Shown one piece after another: positions 38,321-49,081 of a DNA stretch of 64,000 bases (positions are counted from its first letter, which is position 1; the number at the start of each line of letters is the position of its first letter). The translations under genes were made by a program, and so were the position numbers. Location of the stretch: contig JAZJZK010000005.1 of the NCBI GenBank assembly GCA_040389905.1, forward strand, positions 250,529 to 314,528, given 5' to 3'. This stretch comes from Gemmatimonadota bacterium (lineage in GTDB: Bacteria; Gemmatimonadota; Gemmatimonadetes; Gemmatimonadales; Gemmatimonadaceae). Below the pieces are notes generated by a model, which worked only from the letters and a program-made list of their open reading frames with translations, searched no databases and was not told where the DNA came from.

Positions 38321-38536
38321 AACGGATTGTACGGATATCTCGGATTGTCACGGATTGATGGTCTTGGGAGCAGCCTGGATCGATGCGGAGCTGCTCGTCC
38401 CAATGCCTTGTTCTTGAAGAGATATGGCGCGCAGTCAATCGATCACGCACCGCACGATCCGTGGAAATCCGATCAATCCGTACAATCCGCATTCCCCACG
38501 GAAGACGCTGTTGCCAACGCCTTTGCCGACGTTGTT
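38321..38536. repeat. Family C element (ACGGAT/ATCCGT arms)
   Basis: ACGGATTGTACGGAT...ATCCGTACAATCCG; right arm repeated at 41447-41525. Confidence 0.75.
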
Positions 38537-38571
38537 AGTTAGGCAACTGGTGCGCTCAATATCGGATTGAA

Positions 38572-41259
38572 TCAGCGCTGCGCGATGGCAATCGGCACAT
38601 ACCCGAACTCGAACCCCGCCGGCGGCACCACGAGATGTCCCGGATCGACGGACGCGAGCGTTCCCGACGTCGGCGCCGCGAAGGTGAATGAGTTCGCGCC
38701 CTGACGGTGCACCGACTCGATCCACGCCTGAATCTTTGCGCGGTCGGCCGCACCGAGATTGAGCCGAGTGATCGCGGGTTGGTCGATGAACTTGTACCAG
38801 ACGTAGGTGACGGTTGATCCGTCGCTCAGTGCGGTCGTAAAGGGGCCAGCGGCCCAACCGCTCTGCGCCCACGGCGACGATGCGGACGTCGACAGCGCCG
38901 TTGCGGACTTGGTTGTGAGCGGCGCGAACGTCTGGTCCTGAAGCCAGGTCGTGCGCGGCACGTCCGATTTCGGAATCGCCGTCCAGCGAGCGTTCACCTT
39001 TTTGTAGTATTCGGGAATCACCCCCGCTTCAGCGGTGGTTCCCCACTGGAGGCCCCATGCCTGGCCGCCGCCCGCCGTCTTGAAATTGGTGCTCGTGATC
39101 TGCCCCGCGAACGCCACCGTGTCGCTGCCCCCATCCAACATCCGCAACGATTGGCCCTGCGAAACCAGCGGAGTGAGCTTGGTGCCCGCGGTACCGAACT
39201 GCGTCACCGCTGATCCGCCAGCAACCCATGTCGCCACACCGTTCCAGATCGCGCTCTTATCGTACTGCACGAAATCCTGAAGCAACACCGCGCGACGATT
39301 CGCGTCTGCGCCAAAGGTCATGCGCGGCACGCGTCGGTATTCGACGCCACCAGAGGTCGCAGCGAAGTTCGGTGTGAATCCCACTTCCAGCGTCAACAGG
39401 CTGTAGATGGCACCCCGTGCGTCGAGACCGTATCCAGCGCTCGTTCCGCCGAGCGCATTGAGCGCGGTCCAGAACGCGGGCGTGTAGAAGCCCACGGCGC
39501 CCTTGTAGTTGGCGGTATTCATGAACAGCGTCCACGAGTTGCCGCCGGTGGGGCCGTTGGCAACAGGGGCGGTGTTCGCGGGAATGATCGGCAACGCGAT
39601 CCATCCATACCCGAACAACGACGGAGTCGATGGATTGGTGAAGTTCAGTCGATCGGGGGTGATCAACAACCGGTTGCTCAACTGCGCGAATCCGATCGCG
39701 CTTGCGTCGAGCGGCGTGCCGCCGCCGGGTGTGTACGCCGGCCCGCCAATGCCCGACCCGTAGCAATCTGCGGTCGCGGTGATCGTGAACTTCGGCATCG
39801 TCGTTGGAAAGAGGATGTCTCCCCACGATCCCATGCCGCCTTCGTTGGATTGAAAGGAATCGGGAAGCCGTGCGCCGGGCTGGCAGACGCCGTCAGGCCG
39901 GCGAGCCGTCACACCGTTCGCATCCTCGATGTTGTTCGGCAGCATGAACAATCCCCAACCGAGTTGCGTCAGCTCATCTCGACCTGGCTTCACTGGGTTG
40001 ACGGCGCTGAACATGCTGAAGCCCCATTGGTACGACACGCGTTGTGCATCATCCGCGAAGCCGGCGAAATGTCCGGTGAGCCCCTGAAACGCGCGCGCAA
40101 GCTGCGGCGCCTTCACGCTCACCGTGCCACTCCCCGTCACCGTCTGGACCGTCGCCGTCACGACGGGTGTGCCAGGGAGAATCGGCGTGAACACGCCACC
40201 CGGCGTGATGGTTCCGGATGTATCTGCGACGCTCCAGGCGATCGTCTGTCCGGTCTGGACGCGCCCTTCGAGATCCTTGACCGTCGCGACAAAGGTCACC
40301 GTCTCGCCGAGATCCATCGACGAGCGTGTGGGTGCTACGGCAACGGTGATCGTGGGCAGTGGCGTGACGGTAATCGTGACCTTCCCAGTAATTCCTTCGG
40401 CCGTCGCGCCGATCGCGGCACCACCACCTCGGAGACCGCGAATCGTGCCGGCCGACGTCACCGTCGCGACGGCGGAGTCCGTGGAGGACCAGGCGAGAAC
40501 GCGGTCCGTGAGCACCGCGCCCGATGCGTCGCGGACGACCGCCGTGGCGCGCAGCGTGTCGCCGACGAGCAGAAACCCTGTCGCGGACGTGACCGTGATC
40601 GAGGCGACGGGCTTGCGAACCACCGTCAGTGCGAAGGTACCCGTCACACCCTCTGCCGCGGCCGAGATTGTCGCGGTGCCGGCAGCGATTGCTGAGACGG
40701 TTCCGGAGCTGGACACGGTCGCGACTCCTGCCGCGCTCGACGTCCACGTCACTGGCCGATCGGTGAGGGCCGCTCCGGATGCGTCGCTGACGATCGCCGT
40801 CGCCCGCAGGGTGTCGCCGATGAACAGCTGACTGGTCGGTGACGTGACGGTAATGGATGCGACGGGTTTGCGAAGGGCGTTCACCGTGAGCGCGAGCGTA
40901 CCGGAAACCCCTTCGGAAGTGGCTGAAATGACTGCGGTACCCGCCGCGACGGCCGACACGACGCCCGAGGACGACACCGTTGCGACTCCCGCCGCGCTCG
41001 AACTCCACGCCACGGTTCGATCGGTAAGTGTCGACCCCGAAGCATCGCGCACGGTCGCGAGCAGTGTTTGTGACTCACCCTGCGTCATCGCCGCCGATGT
41101 CGACGTGATGGTGACGGACGCCACCGCCTTGCGAACCGGCTGGACGACAGTCGGCTCGGTGGCGCCGCCGCATGAAGTAATAAGGACGATCGCGAGTGCG
41201 GCAGAGAACTGCAGACGAATGCTGACGAGGCGTGCGTGGCGCGCCGGAGATCCGTGCAT
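38572..41259 (-). CDS. Lipoprotein with four bacterial Ig-like (Big_2) repeats and an unknown C-terminal domain
   Basis: ITSCGG lipobox; repeated VASITVT..ATVRDASG..LTDR.V.WSS...VATV; start MHGSP chosen, exact start uncertain. Confidence 0.8.
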   Translation of the reverse strand: MHGSPARHARLVSIRLQFSAALAIVLITSCGGATEPTVVQPVRKAVASVTITSTSAAMTQGESQTLLATVRDASGSTLTDRTVAWSSSAAGVATVSSSGVVSAVAAGTAVISATSEGVSGTLALTVNALRKPVASITVTSPTSQLFIGDTLRATAIVSDASGAALTDRPVTWTSSAAGVATVSSSGTVSAIAAGTATISAAAEGVTGTFALTVVRKPVASITVTSATGFLLVGDTLRATAVVRDASGAVLTDRVLAWSSTDSAVATVTSAGTIRGLRGGGAAIGATAEGITGKVTITVTPLPTITVAVAPTRSSMDLGETVTFVATVKDLEGRVQTGQTIAWSVADTSGTITPGGVFTPILPGTPVVTATVQTVTGSGTVSVKAPQLARAFQGLTGHFAGFADDAQRVSYQWGFSMFSAVNPVKPGRDELTQLGWGLFMLPNNIEDANGVTARRPDGVCQPGARLPDSFQSNEGGMGSWGDILFPTTMPKFTITATADCYGSGIGGPAYTPGGGTPLDASAIGFAQLSNRLLITPDRLNFTNPSTPSLFGYGWIALPIIPANTAPVANGPTGGNSWTLFMNTANYKGAVGFYTPAFWTALNALGGTSAGYGLDARGAIYSLLTLEVGFTPNFAATSGGVEYRRVPRMTFGADANRRAVLLQDFVQYDKSAIWNGVATWVAGGSAVTQFGTAGTKLTPLVSQGQSLRMLDGGSDTVAFAGQITSTNFKTAGGGQAWGLQWGTTAEAGVIPEYYKKVNARWTAIPKSDVPRTTWLQDQTFAPLTTKSATALSTSASSPWAQSGWAAGPFTTALSDGSTVTYVWYKFIDQPAITRLNLGAADRAKIQAWIESVHRQGANSFTFAAPTSGTLASVDPGHLVVPPAGFEFGYVPIAIAQR

Positions 41260-41389
41260 GTGTTGGCGAGGGCAGAGAGGAGGGGCCTGCTTCTGGGATA
41301 CGCGGCCGCTGCCACATCGCTTGCATGAGAGCGGCCTCGCCCTTCCCGAGAGAATAGCACACATGCAACGCCTCCGCACACTCAACGCG

Positions 41390-41525
41390 TTGTCACCCCG
41401 AGCGAGCTCGGGATGACATCCAGAGTTCTGCCCACGCGGGCGAGGCATCCGTGGAAAGCCAAGTGCTCCATACAATCCGCTCCCCCACGAACAACGCTGT
41501 TGCCAACGCCTTTGCCGACGTAGTT
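41390..41525. repeat. Collapsed family A element followed by a family C arm
   Basis: TTGTCACCCCGAGCGAGCTCGGGATGACA, then ATCCGTGGAAA...GCCGACGTAGTT. Confidence 0.7.
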
Positions 41526-41532
41526 TCGCAGG

Positions 41533-44211
41533 ATGAGACTCCCGAATGTTTGCACCCTCGCCGCCGCGATGGTGAGCCTGTCCGCCACGATCGCGTCTGG
41601 ACAATCCGGCGCCATCCCTACGCCGGCCTCCGTCATCGGCTTTCCCGTCGGCACTGACCTCAAGCTCATCGACTACGACCAGTCGATCCGCTACTTCGAG
41701 ACGCTCGCGAAATCGACCGATCTGATCAAGCTCGTGAACGTGGGCAAGACATCGACGGGCCATCCGTGGACGCTCGCCGTCATCAGTTCGGCGGCCAACC
41801 TCGCGAAGCTCGATCGCTACCGTGAGATCGCCCGCCGGCTCGCGCATCCCGAAGGCCTCACGGACGCGGAAGCACGCCGTCTCTCGCAGGAAGGGAAAGC
41901 GTTCGTCGACATCAGTGGCGGACTCCATGCCTCGGAGATCGCCGGCTCGCAGCACACCGTGCAACTCGCGTACGATCTGGTCACGAAGGCGAACGAGCCG
42001 AAGACGAAGGCCATTCTCGACAACACGATTCTCTTCCTCTGGCCGTCGATCAACCCGGACGGACAGAACATCGTCGTCAACTGGTATCGCGAAAACGTCG
42101 GCACGCCGTACGAGGTGTCGCCGCTGCATGAGCTGTATCAGAAGTACATCGGGCACGACAACAATCGCGACGCGTACATGCTCAACGTCGTCGAGTCGCG
42201 TGTGGTCGCGCGTGTGTGGCGTGAGTGGGAGCCGCAGATCATCTACGTCCAGCACCAGACCGCGCCGTTCCCCACGCGCATCTGGTTGCCGCCATTTGCG
42301 GAGCCGATCGCGCCGCGCGTTCCAGCGCTGATGTCGCGTGAGGTCAACACCATCGGCATGACGATCGCGCAGCAGCTCGAGCAGAACGGCCAGGTTGGCG
42401 CGACGCACATGGGCACTGGCTTCGACGCGTGGTATCCGGGCTACATCGACTACATGCCCATGCTCCAGAACATCGCGGCGTTCTGGACGGAAACGGCGTT
42501 GTATCAGTACGCCACGCCGCATTTCTACACGCTCAACGATTTCCCGGCGGACATGCGCGACTTGCGTCCACAGTCGTTGTATCCAAGCCCGTGGGCGGGT
42601 GGTTGGTGGCGCATCAAGGACGCAATCGACTACATGGAAACCGGGTCGATCGCCGTGCTCGACTACGCAGCAAAGTATCGCGAGGACCTGTTGTACAATC
42701 GCTATCAGGCGGGGCGCAACGCGATCCTCCGCTACCGAAAGGATCCACCGTACGCGTACGTTGTCCCGCGCGCGCAGCGCGACCCCGTCGCCGCAGCCGA
42801 GATGCTCCGCCGGCTCGCCTTCAACGGCGTGCGCATCAGCGAACTGTCTCGCGATGCACCGATCGACGGCGCGTCGTACCCGAAAGGCACATGGGTCATT
42901 CCCATGGATCAGGAATACGCTGAGCTCGTGCGACAACTCTTCGAAGCGCAGGACTATCCGGATTTGCGCGAGTCACCGGGCGGCCCACCAGAGCAGCCCT
43001 ACGACGCCGCAGGCTGGACACTGCCGTACCAGATGGACGTTCGCACCACCGAGGTCCGCACTCCGCTCACGCCGGATATTCGTTCGGCCCTCAAGCCGGT
43101 GGTCGGCAAGATGGCGGATTGGCGCAACTCCGCGGATACGCCGTTCTCCACAGACTCCGTCGCTGCCGGCATCGTGCCGATGCCCGCGCGCATCACCGGG
43201 ACGGGAGACGTTGTTGCAATGGATCCCGCCGAGAACAACGCGTTCAAGCTGATCAACCGCGCGTTGGCGAATGGCGGCACCGTGCGCTTCGCCGAAGGCA
43301 TCGGTGGCAAGAGCGGACGGTACATCGTATCGGGCATCGCCGCTGCCAAGATCACCGACTGGGTGAACGAGCTGTCGCTGCGCGCCGAGCGGATGATCGC
43401 CGCGCCGGTGACGTCATCCGCGGTGCGCGGCCGCATCGCCCTCTACAAGCCCTACACCGCGAGCATGGACGAAGGCTGGAGCGAATGGTTGCTCGACGAA
43501 TACGGCTTCAAGTACGCGACGATCAGCAACGCCGACATTCGCGACGGGAACCTGGCTGCGCGATTCGACGTCATCATGATCGCCTCCGAACGCGCGCGGA
43601 CGATGACGAACGGCTTCACGAAGGGCAGCGTGCCGCCGCGCTACGAAGGGGGGCTCGGCGACATCGGTGCTCGCGAGCTCGATGCGTTCGTGCGCGCGGG
43701 CGGCACACTGGTATGCCTCAACTCGAGCGCGGACTACGCGATCTCCGCGCTGCATCTTCCCGTGCGCAACGTCGTGGACACGGTGTCGCGCCGAAACTAC
43801 TTCTCGAGTGGCTCGATTCTCGAGGTAACGACGGATCCATCGCAGCCGGTGATGGCGGGCATGCCGGAGCGCGCGAAGGTGTTCGTTGACGGAAGCCCCG
43901 TGTTCGCCACACTCGATGGATTCGAGGGCAGCGCGCTCGCCAAATACCAGAAGGAAGGATCGCCGAAGTTGTCGGGGTATCTCCTCGGCGAGAAATACAT
44001 CCAGGGCTACGCGGCGGCGCTCGACGTGAAGCATGATCGCGGGCATGTCGTGTTGATCGGCTTCCGGCCGCAATGGCGCGGGCAGCCGTTCGGGACGTTC
44101 CGTGTCGTGTTCAATTCTGTCCTGTTCGGGCGCGATGTCGCTGAGAAAACCAAGGCGACGCCGGGCTTCTGGACGTCACCGAAGCCGGCTCCCTCGAGTA
44201 GGACGCCGTAG
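41533..44211 (+). CDS. M14-family zinc carboxypeptidase, exported
   Basis: GLHASE (HxxE), INPDG, HDNNRD, QHQ; GATase-like C-terminus. Confidence 0.88.
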   Translation: MRLPNVCTLAAAMVSLSATIASGQSGAIPTPASVIGFPVGTDLKLIDYDQSIRYFETLAKSTDLIKLVNVGKTSTGHPWTLAVISSAANLAKLDRYREIARRLAHPEGLTDAEARRLSQEGKAFVDISGGLHASEIAGSQHTVQLAYDLVTKANEPKTKAILDNTILFLWPSINPDGQNIVVNWYRENVGTPYEVSPLHELYQKYIGHDNNRDAYMLNVVESRVVARVWREWEPQIIYVQHQTAPFPTRIWLPPFAEPIAPRVPALMSREVNTIGMTIAQQLEQNGQVGATHMGTGFDAWYPGYIDYMPMLQNIAAFWTETALYQYATPHFYTLNDFPADMRDLRPQSLYPSPWAGGWWRIKDAIDYMETGSIAVLDYAAKYREDLLYNRYQAGRNAILRYRKDPPYAYVVPRAQRDPVAAAEMLRRLAFNGVRISELSRDAPIDGASYPKGTWVIPMDQEYAELVRQLFEAQDYPDLRESPGGPPEQPYDAAGWTLPYQMDVRTTEVRTPLTPDIRSALKPVVGKMADWRNSADTPFSTDSVAAGIVPMPARITGTGDVVAMDPAENNAFKLINRALANGGTVRFAEGIGGKSGRYIVSGIAAAKITDWVNELSLRAERMIAAPVTSSAVRGRIALYKPYTASMDEGWSEWLLDEYGFKYATISNADIRDGNLAARFDVIMIASERARTMTNGFTKGSVPPRYEGGLGDIGARELDAFVRAGGTLVCLNSSADYAISALHLPVRNVVDTVSRRNYFSSGSILEVTTDPSQPVMAGMPERAKVFVDGSPVFATLDGFEGSALAKYQKEGSPKLSGYLLGEKYIQGYAAALDVKHDRGHVVLIGFRPQWRGQPFGTFRVVFNSVLFGRDVAEKTKATPGFWTSPKPAPSSRTP

Positions 44212-44231
44212 CTAAGCTAGGGGCAAAGCAG

Positions 44232-44487
44232 TTGACGCAGAGGTCGCAGAGAAACTGATACAGTCGCAGGGGTCGCAGAGGACTGCGGAACGGCAGCAGA
44301 AAATGAACCACAGAGGACACAGAGGACACGGAGGACAACTCACGCAATCCTCTGCGACCTTCGCGACCTCTGCGTTAATTCAGTTGTCGTTTTCGAGAAA
44401 AGGCAAAAGCAATTAGACGCAGAGGGCGCAGAGGACGCAAAGGAAAGCCTTGCAGTTCTCTGTGTCCTCTGTGTCCTCTGTGGTTAA
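44232..44487. repeat. Interleaved family B palindromic elements
   Basis: ACGCAGAGGTCGC / GCGACCTCTGCGT and AACCACAGAGGACACAGAGGACAC / GTGTCCTCTGTGTCCTCTGTGGTT arms. Confidence 0.85.
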
Positions 44488-44557
44488 AGGTCTTTCCCGA
44501 TGTTTGTTGTTGATCGCACTCGTGTATCGAATGCCTAACTAACCTGGAGACACGATC

Positions 44558-46096
44558 GTGAACACAAAGACTGCGCGACACGTCAGGTTCCTGTATGCCG
44601 GTCTCTTCTCCGCACTAGCGGCAGCGGACCTCGGCGCGCAGGCGCTCACCAACATCACGTCGCTGTATGTCTCGTACGCGACGCGAAAGAACACCGTCAA
44701 GCCGGAGGGTGAGTTAAAGGCGCGCCTCGATACCCTCGAGCGCGAATTCAGGGCCGCCAACAGCGCCGGCAGAACCGGCGAAGTGCGACGCCTGCTTGCC
44801 AAGGGCAACGCGCTCCTCGCGAATCGTCCGTGGACGGACGTCGCCGATTACGGAAGCTCGCTCGTATTGCGCAGCGATCGGGTCGTCGTCGAATCTCAGA
44901 AGCCATACGCTGTTCGCCTCGAACAGTTGTATGCGCCCGCCATTGACCTCACCCCGGCGCTCTCGGCGCATGCAACGCTGGTTCGTCGTGCGTCTGCGGG
45001 CGCAATGCCGGAGGTCGTGAAGGACTTTGGAACGTTCCAGGGAGTGAGCCGCGACCTCAAGGAGTCGCCATTCGGCATGGAGCTCGACGCGCGCGATGTT
45101 TCCGACGGCCGCTACATCGTGACCGTCGAAGTGAAGGACTCCTCCCGCACGCTCGGCACCGTGGCGTTGCCGATCGTCCTGCGCAAGGGAATCGATGATG
45201 TCGTTGCGCGCTTCGAGCGCGAGGCGGCTACCGTACCGGCCGCACTCCGCGCCGAGATCCTCTATCCGGTTGACCGGATGCGCAATGTGAACCGAGGCCG
45301 GCTCGAGTTACGCACACTCGATGTCGACGCGGACTTCGCGGCGGCCGACGCTGTTCTCGCCGCAGTGAAATCAGGCAAGGATCCCATGATGGGCCGCACG
45401 GGAGATCTCGAGCGTCATTACACGCTCGAAGCGGCCAGTGAAGTGATGCCGTATCACCTCTACGTACCGAAGGGATATTCAAGCCAGAAGCGATACCCCC
45501 TTATCATCGCCTTGCACGGACTTGGCGGAACCGAAGACGCATTCTTCGATGGGTATGGCAAGAAGCTGCCGGAACTCGCAGAGACCAACGGATACATCGT
45601 CGCCGCACCACTTGGCTACCGCGTCGATGGCTTCTACGGGTGGGGACTCGGCAACCCGCCGGCGGACTACAGCGATCGTCGCACCCAGGAACTGAGCGAG
45701 AAGGATGTCATGCAAGTGCTCGCCGAGGTGAAAAAGCTCTATAGCGTGGACGACAATCGCACGTATCTCATGGGCCACTCCATGGGCGCGATCGGAACGT
45801 GGCGGCTCGCTGCCAAGTATCCGGATATCTGGGCGGCGCTCGGCGTCTTCTCGGGACAGGGAACGCCCGCGACGCTCGAGAAATTCCGGTCGATTCCGGA
45901 GTTTGTCGTTCACGGCGACGCAGATCCGACCGTGAACGTCGCTGGCTCACGCAACATGGTCGCGGCAATGAAGCCACTCGGCGTCGATGTCACGTACATC
46001 GAGGTGCCGGGCGGCAATCACTCGAACGTCGTCGAGCCCAATCTGGCGGGGATGATCAAGTTCTTCGACGCACACAGCAGGAGCAAGAAACCTTGA
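44558..46096 (+). CDS. Exported alpha/beta hydrolase (esterase-like)
   Basis: YHLYVP, YPLIIALHGLG, GHSMG nucleophile, HGDAD, GGNH. Confidence 0.85.
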   Translation: MNTKTARHVRFLYAGLFSALAAADLGAQALTNITSLYVSYATRKNTVKPEGELKARLDTLEREFRAANSAGRTGEVRRLLAKGNALLANRPWTDVADYGSSLVLRSDRVVVESQKPYAVRLEQLYAPAIDLTPALSAHATLVRRASAGAMPEVVKDFGTFQGVSRDLKESPFGMELDARDVSDGRYIVTVEVKDSSRTLGTVALPIVLRKGIDDVVARFEREAATVPAALRAEILYPVDRMRNVNRGRLELRTLDVDADFAAADAVLAAVKSGKDPMMGRTGDLERHYTLEAASEVMPYHLYVPKGYSSQKRYPLIIALHGLGGTEDAFFDGYGKKLPELAETNGYIVAAPLGYRVDGFYGWGLGNPPADYSDRRTQELSEKDVMQVLAEVKKLYSVDDNRTYLMGHSMGAIGTWRLAAKYPDIWAALGVFSGQGTPATLEKFRSIPEFVVHGDADPTVNVAGSRNMVAAMKPLGVDVTYIEVPGGNHSNVVEPNLAGMIKFFDAHSRSKKP

Positions 46097-46099
46097 ACG

Positions 46100-46380
46100 T
46101 TGTCACCCCGAGCGAGTGAAACGAGTCGAGGGGTCTGCACCTGTTGTTTCGCTGTTTGCTTGTTTTGTCGCCCTTGAGCGAAGCGAAGGGCCCGCACCTG
46201 CCGTTGCGCAGAAAGTGCGGGCCCTCACTTCGTTCAGGGCGACCAAGACATCTGTGCCCACCGGCACAATGAACGCGGATTGAGCGGATTTAGGCGGATC
46301 AGTTCTGATCAAGCGTGACGGCTCTTAATCACGGTTTTGCTGTTTCAATCCGCTCGATCCGCGTTCACTGTGCCGGTGCG
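46100..46380. repeat. Cluster of family A and family C elements between convergent genes
   Basis: TTGTCACCCCGAGCGA..GGGTCTGCAC; GTCGCCCTTGAGCGAAG / CTTCGTTCAGGGCGAC; CCGGCACA.TGAACGCGGAT / ATCCGCGTTCACTGTGCCGG. Confidence 0.85.
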
Positions 46381-46399
46381 ACGAAACGCGCCGAAGAAC

Positions 46400-48256
46400 T
46401 CAAGTGAGCTTCGGGTGCTTCAGGTACACGTCGTTGTGCACCTGGAACTGATGCGCTACCGATAGAATCTTGTCGTCGTTGTACAGATTCCCGACGATAA
46501 CGCCACAAATCGGTTGCGGGTTCAATGGCGCCGGCGGCGTCGCGTTCGCAGCACCGCCGCCGCGTCCCCCGCCGAATTGCGCAGGCACGTCGAACTTGTA
46601 CGGGACGACGGCGCAGGGATGCCCGGTTTGTGCATTGGGCCCCACGTCCGCATTCGACCCGATGAACAAGTCGAGGTCCTTCATGTACTCGGCCCACTTG
46701 GAGACGAGGACGTAGCGTCGGCGCTGCGACTGCATGAACTCGAATGCCTTCACCGTGCGTCCGTTCAGGAAGCGCGGATTCCAGTCTGCGGGTGCGGTCG
46801 CGCCACCGACGCCTGTGGCGCCGTTGGCGCCCGGAAATGGCCCGCCGCCCGGCAGGGGAGCAACGATGGTATTGAGATCGAGGCCAATCTCCTTTGCCTT
46901 GCGCACCACGTAATCCTCGAACGCGGCCGCGTATTCGACGTTCAATCCTCCGCCACCCATGCCGGGCACCGTGGGGCGAGCGCCAACAGTGATCGGCTTC
47001 ATCCCGAGCTCCTTCAATTTCGCGATGAGCTCGGGTGGTGCGCCGGGATCTCCGGCGTTCGGACGCGCCGGATCGGCACTCGGCCGACCCGGATCCACAC
47101 CGATGCGCAGCGATGCCAGCTTGATGTTCGAGTCAAAGTTGAACGGAGTCATCACCGTGGACGGATCCTTGGGGTCGACACCGTGAATCGCGTTGAACAC
47201 CATCGCGCAATCTTCGATGCTGCGGCAGATCGGCCCGACGCGATCTTGCGCCCACGACAGCACCATGCCGCCGTACCGACTCACGCGGCCGAAGGTCGGC
47301 CGCAGCGCGCTCAGTCCACACCGCACCGCGGGGGACACGATGGAGCCTTGCGTCTCCGTACCAATTCCGAAGGCGACACATCCCGCTGCTGTTGCCGAGG
47401 ACGGGCCCGCAGACGATCCGCTCGAACCTTGCGAGAGGTTCCAGGGATTGTTCGTGCGGCCACGGAACCACTGGTCATTCTGCGCGAAGATGCCCGTAGA
47501 GAGTTTCGCAACGAGCACCGCGCCCGCGTTCCGCAGGCGAACGACCACCTCGGCGTCTTCGTCGATGACACGGTTCTCGAAGTCGGCGGAGCCCCACGTC
47601 GTCGGAACGCCCTTCGTGTTGAAGAGATCCTTCAATCCGTACGGAATGCCGTGCAAGGGACCGCGATACTTTCCGGCCGCGAGCTCCTTGTCGAGCGCGA
47701 TCGCTTCGGTGAGCGCCTGCGAGTCCATGATCGTTACGGCGCACATGAGCGTCGGATTGAGACGCTTGAGCCGCGCGAGATAGATGTTGGTGAGCCGGAC
47801 CGACGTGAGCTTCTTCGCTTTGATCAACGCGGAGAGCCGATGCGCCGGAAGAAAGGCAATCTCCTCATCCGAGGAAGGCACTGGCCCGCTCCACTTGTCG
47901 ACCTTGAAGACACTGCGCTCGAACGCTTTTGCGCCGTGCTCCTTTACCATCTTTTCCATGAGCGCACCGGTCCCTCCCGGATACGGCATGAATTGCTCGG
48001 CGGGTGGTTCGCCGTTGCCGAGCGGAAAGGGTGGTGTCGCAGACTGCTGCGGCGGAGCGCCTCCAGCCGGCGCTGCGGCGCCTGCGCTGCCTGCCTGCGC
48101 GCGAACGACACCGGCGCTGAACGTCGACGCCGCCGCCGCCGCGATGGACATGAACAGGAACTCGCGACGTCCGACTCCGGAGACATCCGCCGCTTCCTCA
48201 GCGGCGCGCTCGAGTTCGGGAAATGCGGCTTCAGCCTGGTCTATGGGTGTGTCCAC
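46400..48256 (-). CDS. Amidase-signature family enzyme with a Tat signal
   Basis: GRREFL twin-arginine; GPLHGIPYGLKDL, SSGSSAG, GTETQGSI. Confidence 0.9.
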   Translation of the reverse strand: MDTPIDQAEAAFPELERAAEEAADVSGVGRREFLFMSIAAAAASTFSAGVVRAQAGSAGAAAPAGGAPPQQSATPPFPLGNGEPPAEQFMPYPGGTGALMEKMVKEHGAKAFERSVFKVDKWSGPVPSSDEEIAFLPAHRLSALIKAKKLTSVRLTNIYLARLKRLNPTLMCAVTIMDSQALTEAIALDKELAAGKYRGPLHGIPYGLKDLFNTKGVPTTWGSADFENRVIDEDAEVVVRLRNAGAVLVAKLSTGIFAQNDQWFRGRTNNPWNLSQGSSGSSAGPSSATAAGCVAFGIGTETQGSIVSPAVRCGLSALRPTFGRVSRYGGMVLSWAQDRVGPICRSIEDCAMVFNAIHGVDPKDPSTVMTPFNFDSNIKLASLRIGVDPGRPSADPARPNAGDPGAPPELIAKLKELGMKPITVGARPTVPGMGGGGLNVEYAAAFEDYVVRKAKEIGLDLNTIVAPLPGGGPFPGANGATGVGGATAPADWNPRFLNGRTVKAFEFMQSQRRRYVLVSKWAEYMKDLDLFIGSNADVGPNAQTGHPCAVVPYKFDVPAQFGGGRGGGAANATPPAPLNPQPICGVIVGNLYNDDKILSVAHQFQVHNDVYLKHPKLT

Positions 48257-48406
48257 GGGACGGGCTCCGAAAGTTGCTGAGGTGGGAGGATGACGATGGG
48301 CAATACTATGACGCTATCCCTCAGTAGACGAGGGGCTCACCAAGAAAATCCACCGCCGTGCGCCGGCACATTGAACGCGGCTTCACTGAGAGCGACAAAA
48401 CGAGCG

Positions 48407-49081
48407 TCACATCCAGAACGTCCACTTCTGCGCGAAGATCACATAGAGCGACAGCGCGAGATTCGTCACGGCGTGAACCAGTATCAGATCGCCGAGGGAC
48501 TTCGTGCGCCACATCCACCAGTTGTAGATCAAACCGCACAGCAGTCCGACTTCCCAGTACGGGCCATGCTCCAGCGCGAAGAGAACCGACGTCGCCAGAA
48601 AGACGAACGGTGTGAACTGCCCAAGGGGCACCTTGGTGAATTCCGTGTTCTGAAGCCACCGGACGAGCCACCCACGCCAGAACAGTTCTTCGAGCACCGG
48701 CACGATCAACGCGGCCCGCATCGTTCGCAGCACGAGCATCAGTGGCGTCAATTCGGCGGGAGGAATCGATGTCTTCAGATGCCCCGTGACGGAATTCTGA
48801 AAGAGCCAGTGGCTGCGCCAACCGGCGATCAATGTGTCAGGCGCAATCCACAGCGCACAAACGGCAACGCCGAGCGCGATGCTCCCCAGCCAGTGCGGCG
48901 CACGTCGCGGCAGGACACTTCGCGAGAAAAAGAGAATGGACGCGATGAGCACGGCATCGCGAAGGACTTCCTTCCCCGGGTTGGCGAGTGGCAGCGATGA
49001 ATCGAAGGCCAACCACGCCGCGAAGACTGCAAATGGCCCGACCCACGCGACAGTGCTCGTCGGTGACGATGTGTTGTTCAT
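48407..49081 (-). CDS. CAAX prenyl protease-related protein (CPBP family)
   Basis: VPVLEELFWRG, FALEH, HAVTN. Confidence 0.88.
   Translation of the reverse strand: MNNTSSPTSTVAWVGPFAVFAAWLAFDSSLPLANPGKEVLRDAVLIASILFFSRSVLPRRAPHWLGSIALGVAVCALWIAPDTLIAGWRSHWLFQNSVTGHLKTSIPPAELTPLMLVLRTMRAALIVPVLEELFWRGWLVRWLQNTEFTKVPLGQFTPFVFLATSVLFALEHGPYWEVGLLCGLIYNWWMWRTKSLGDLILVHAVTNLALSLYVIFAQKWTFWM

Noticed and set aside
38572..42936. 1454-aa ORF as a single giant protein
   Set aside because: The first ~560 aa are the antisense shadow of the M14 peptidase plus repeats; the real gene begins near the lipobox (about 41259)
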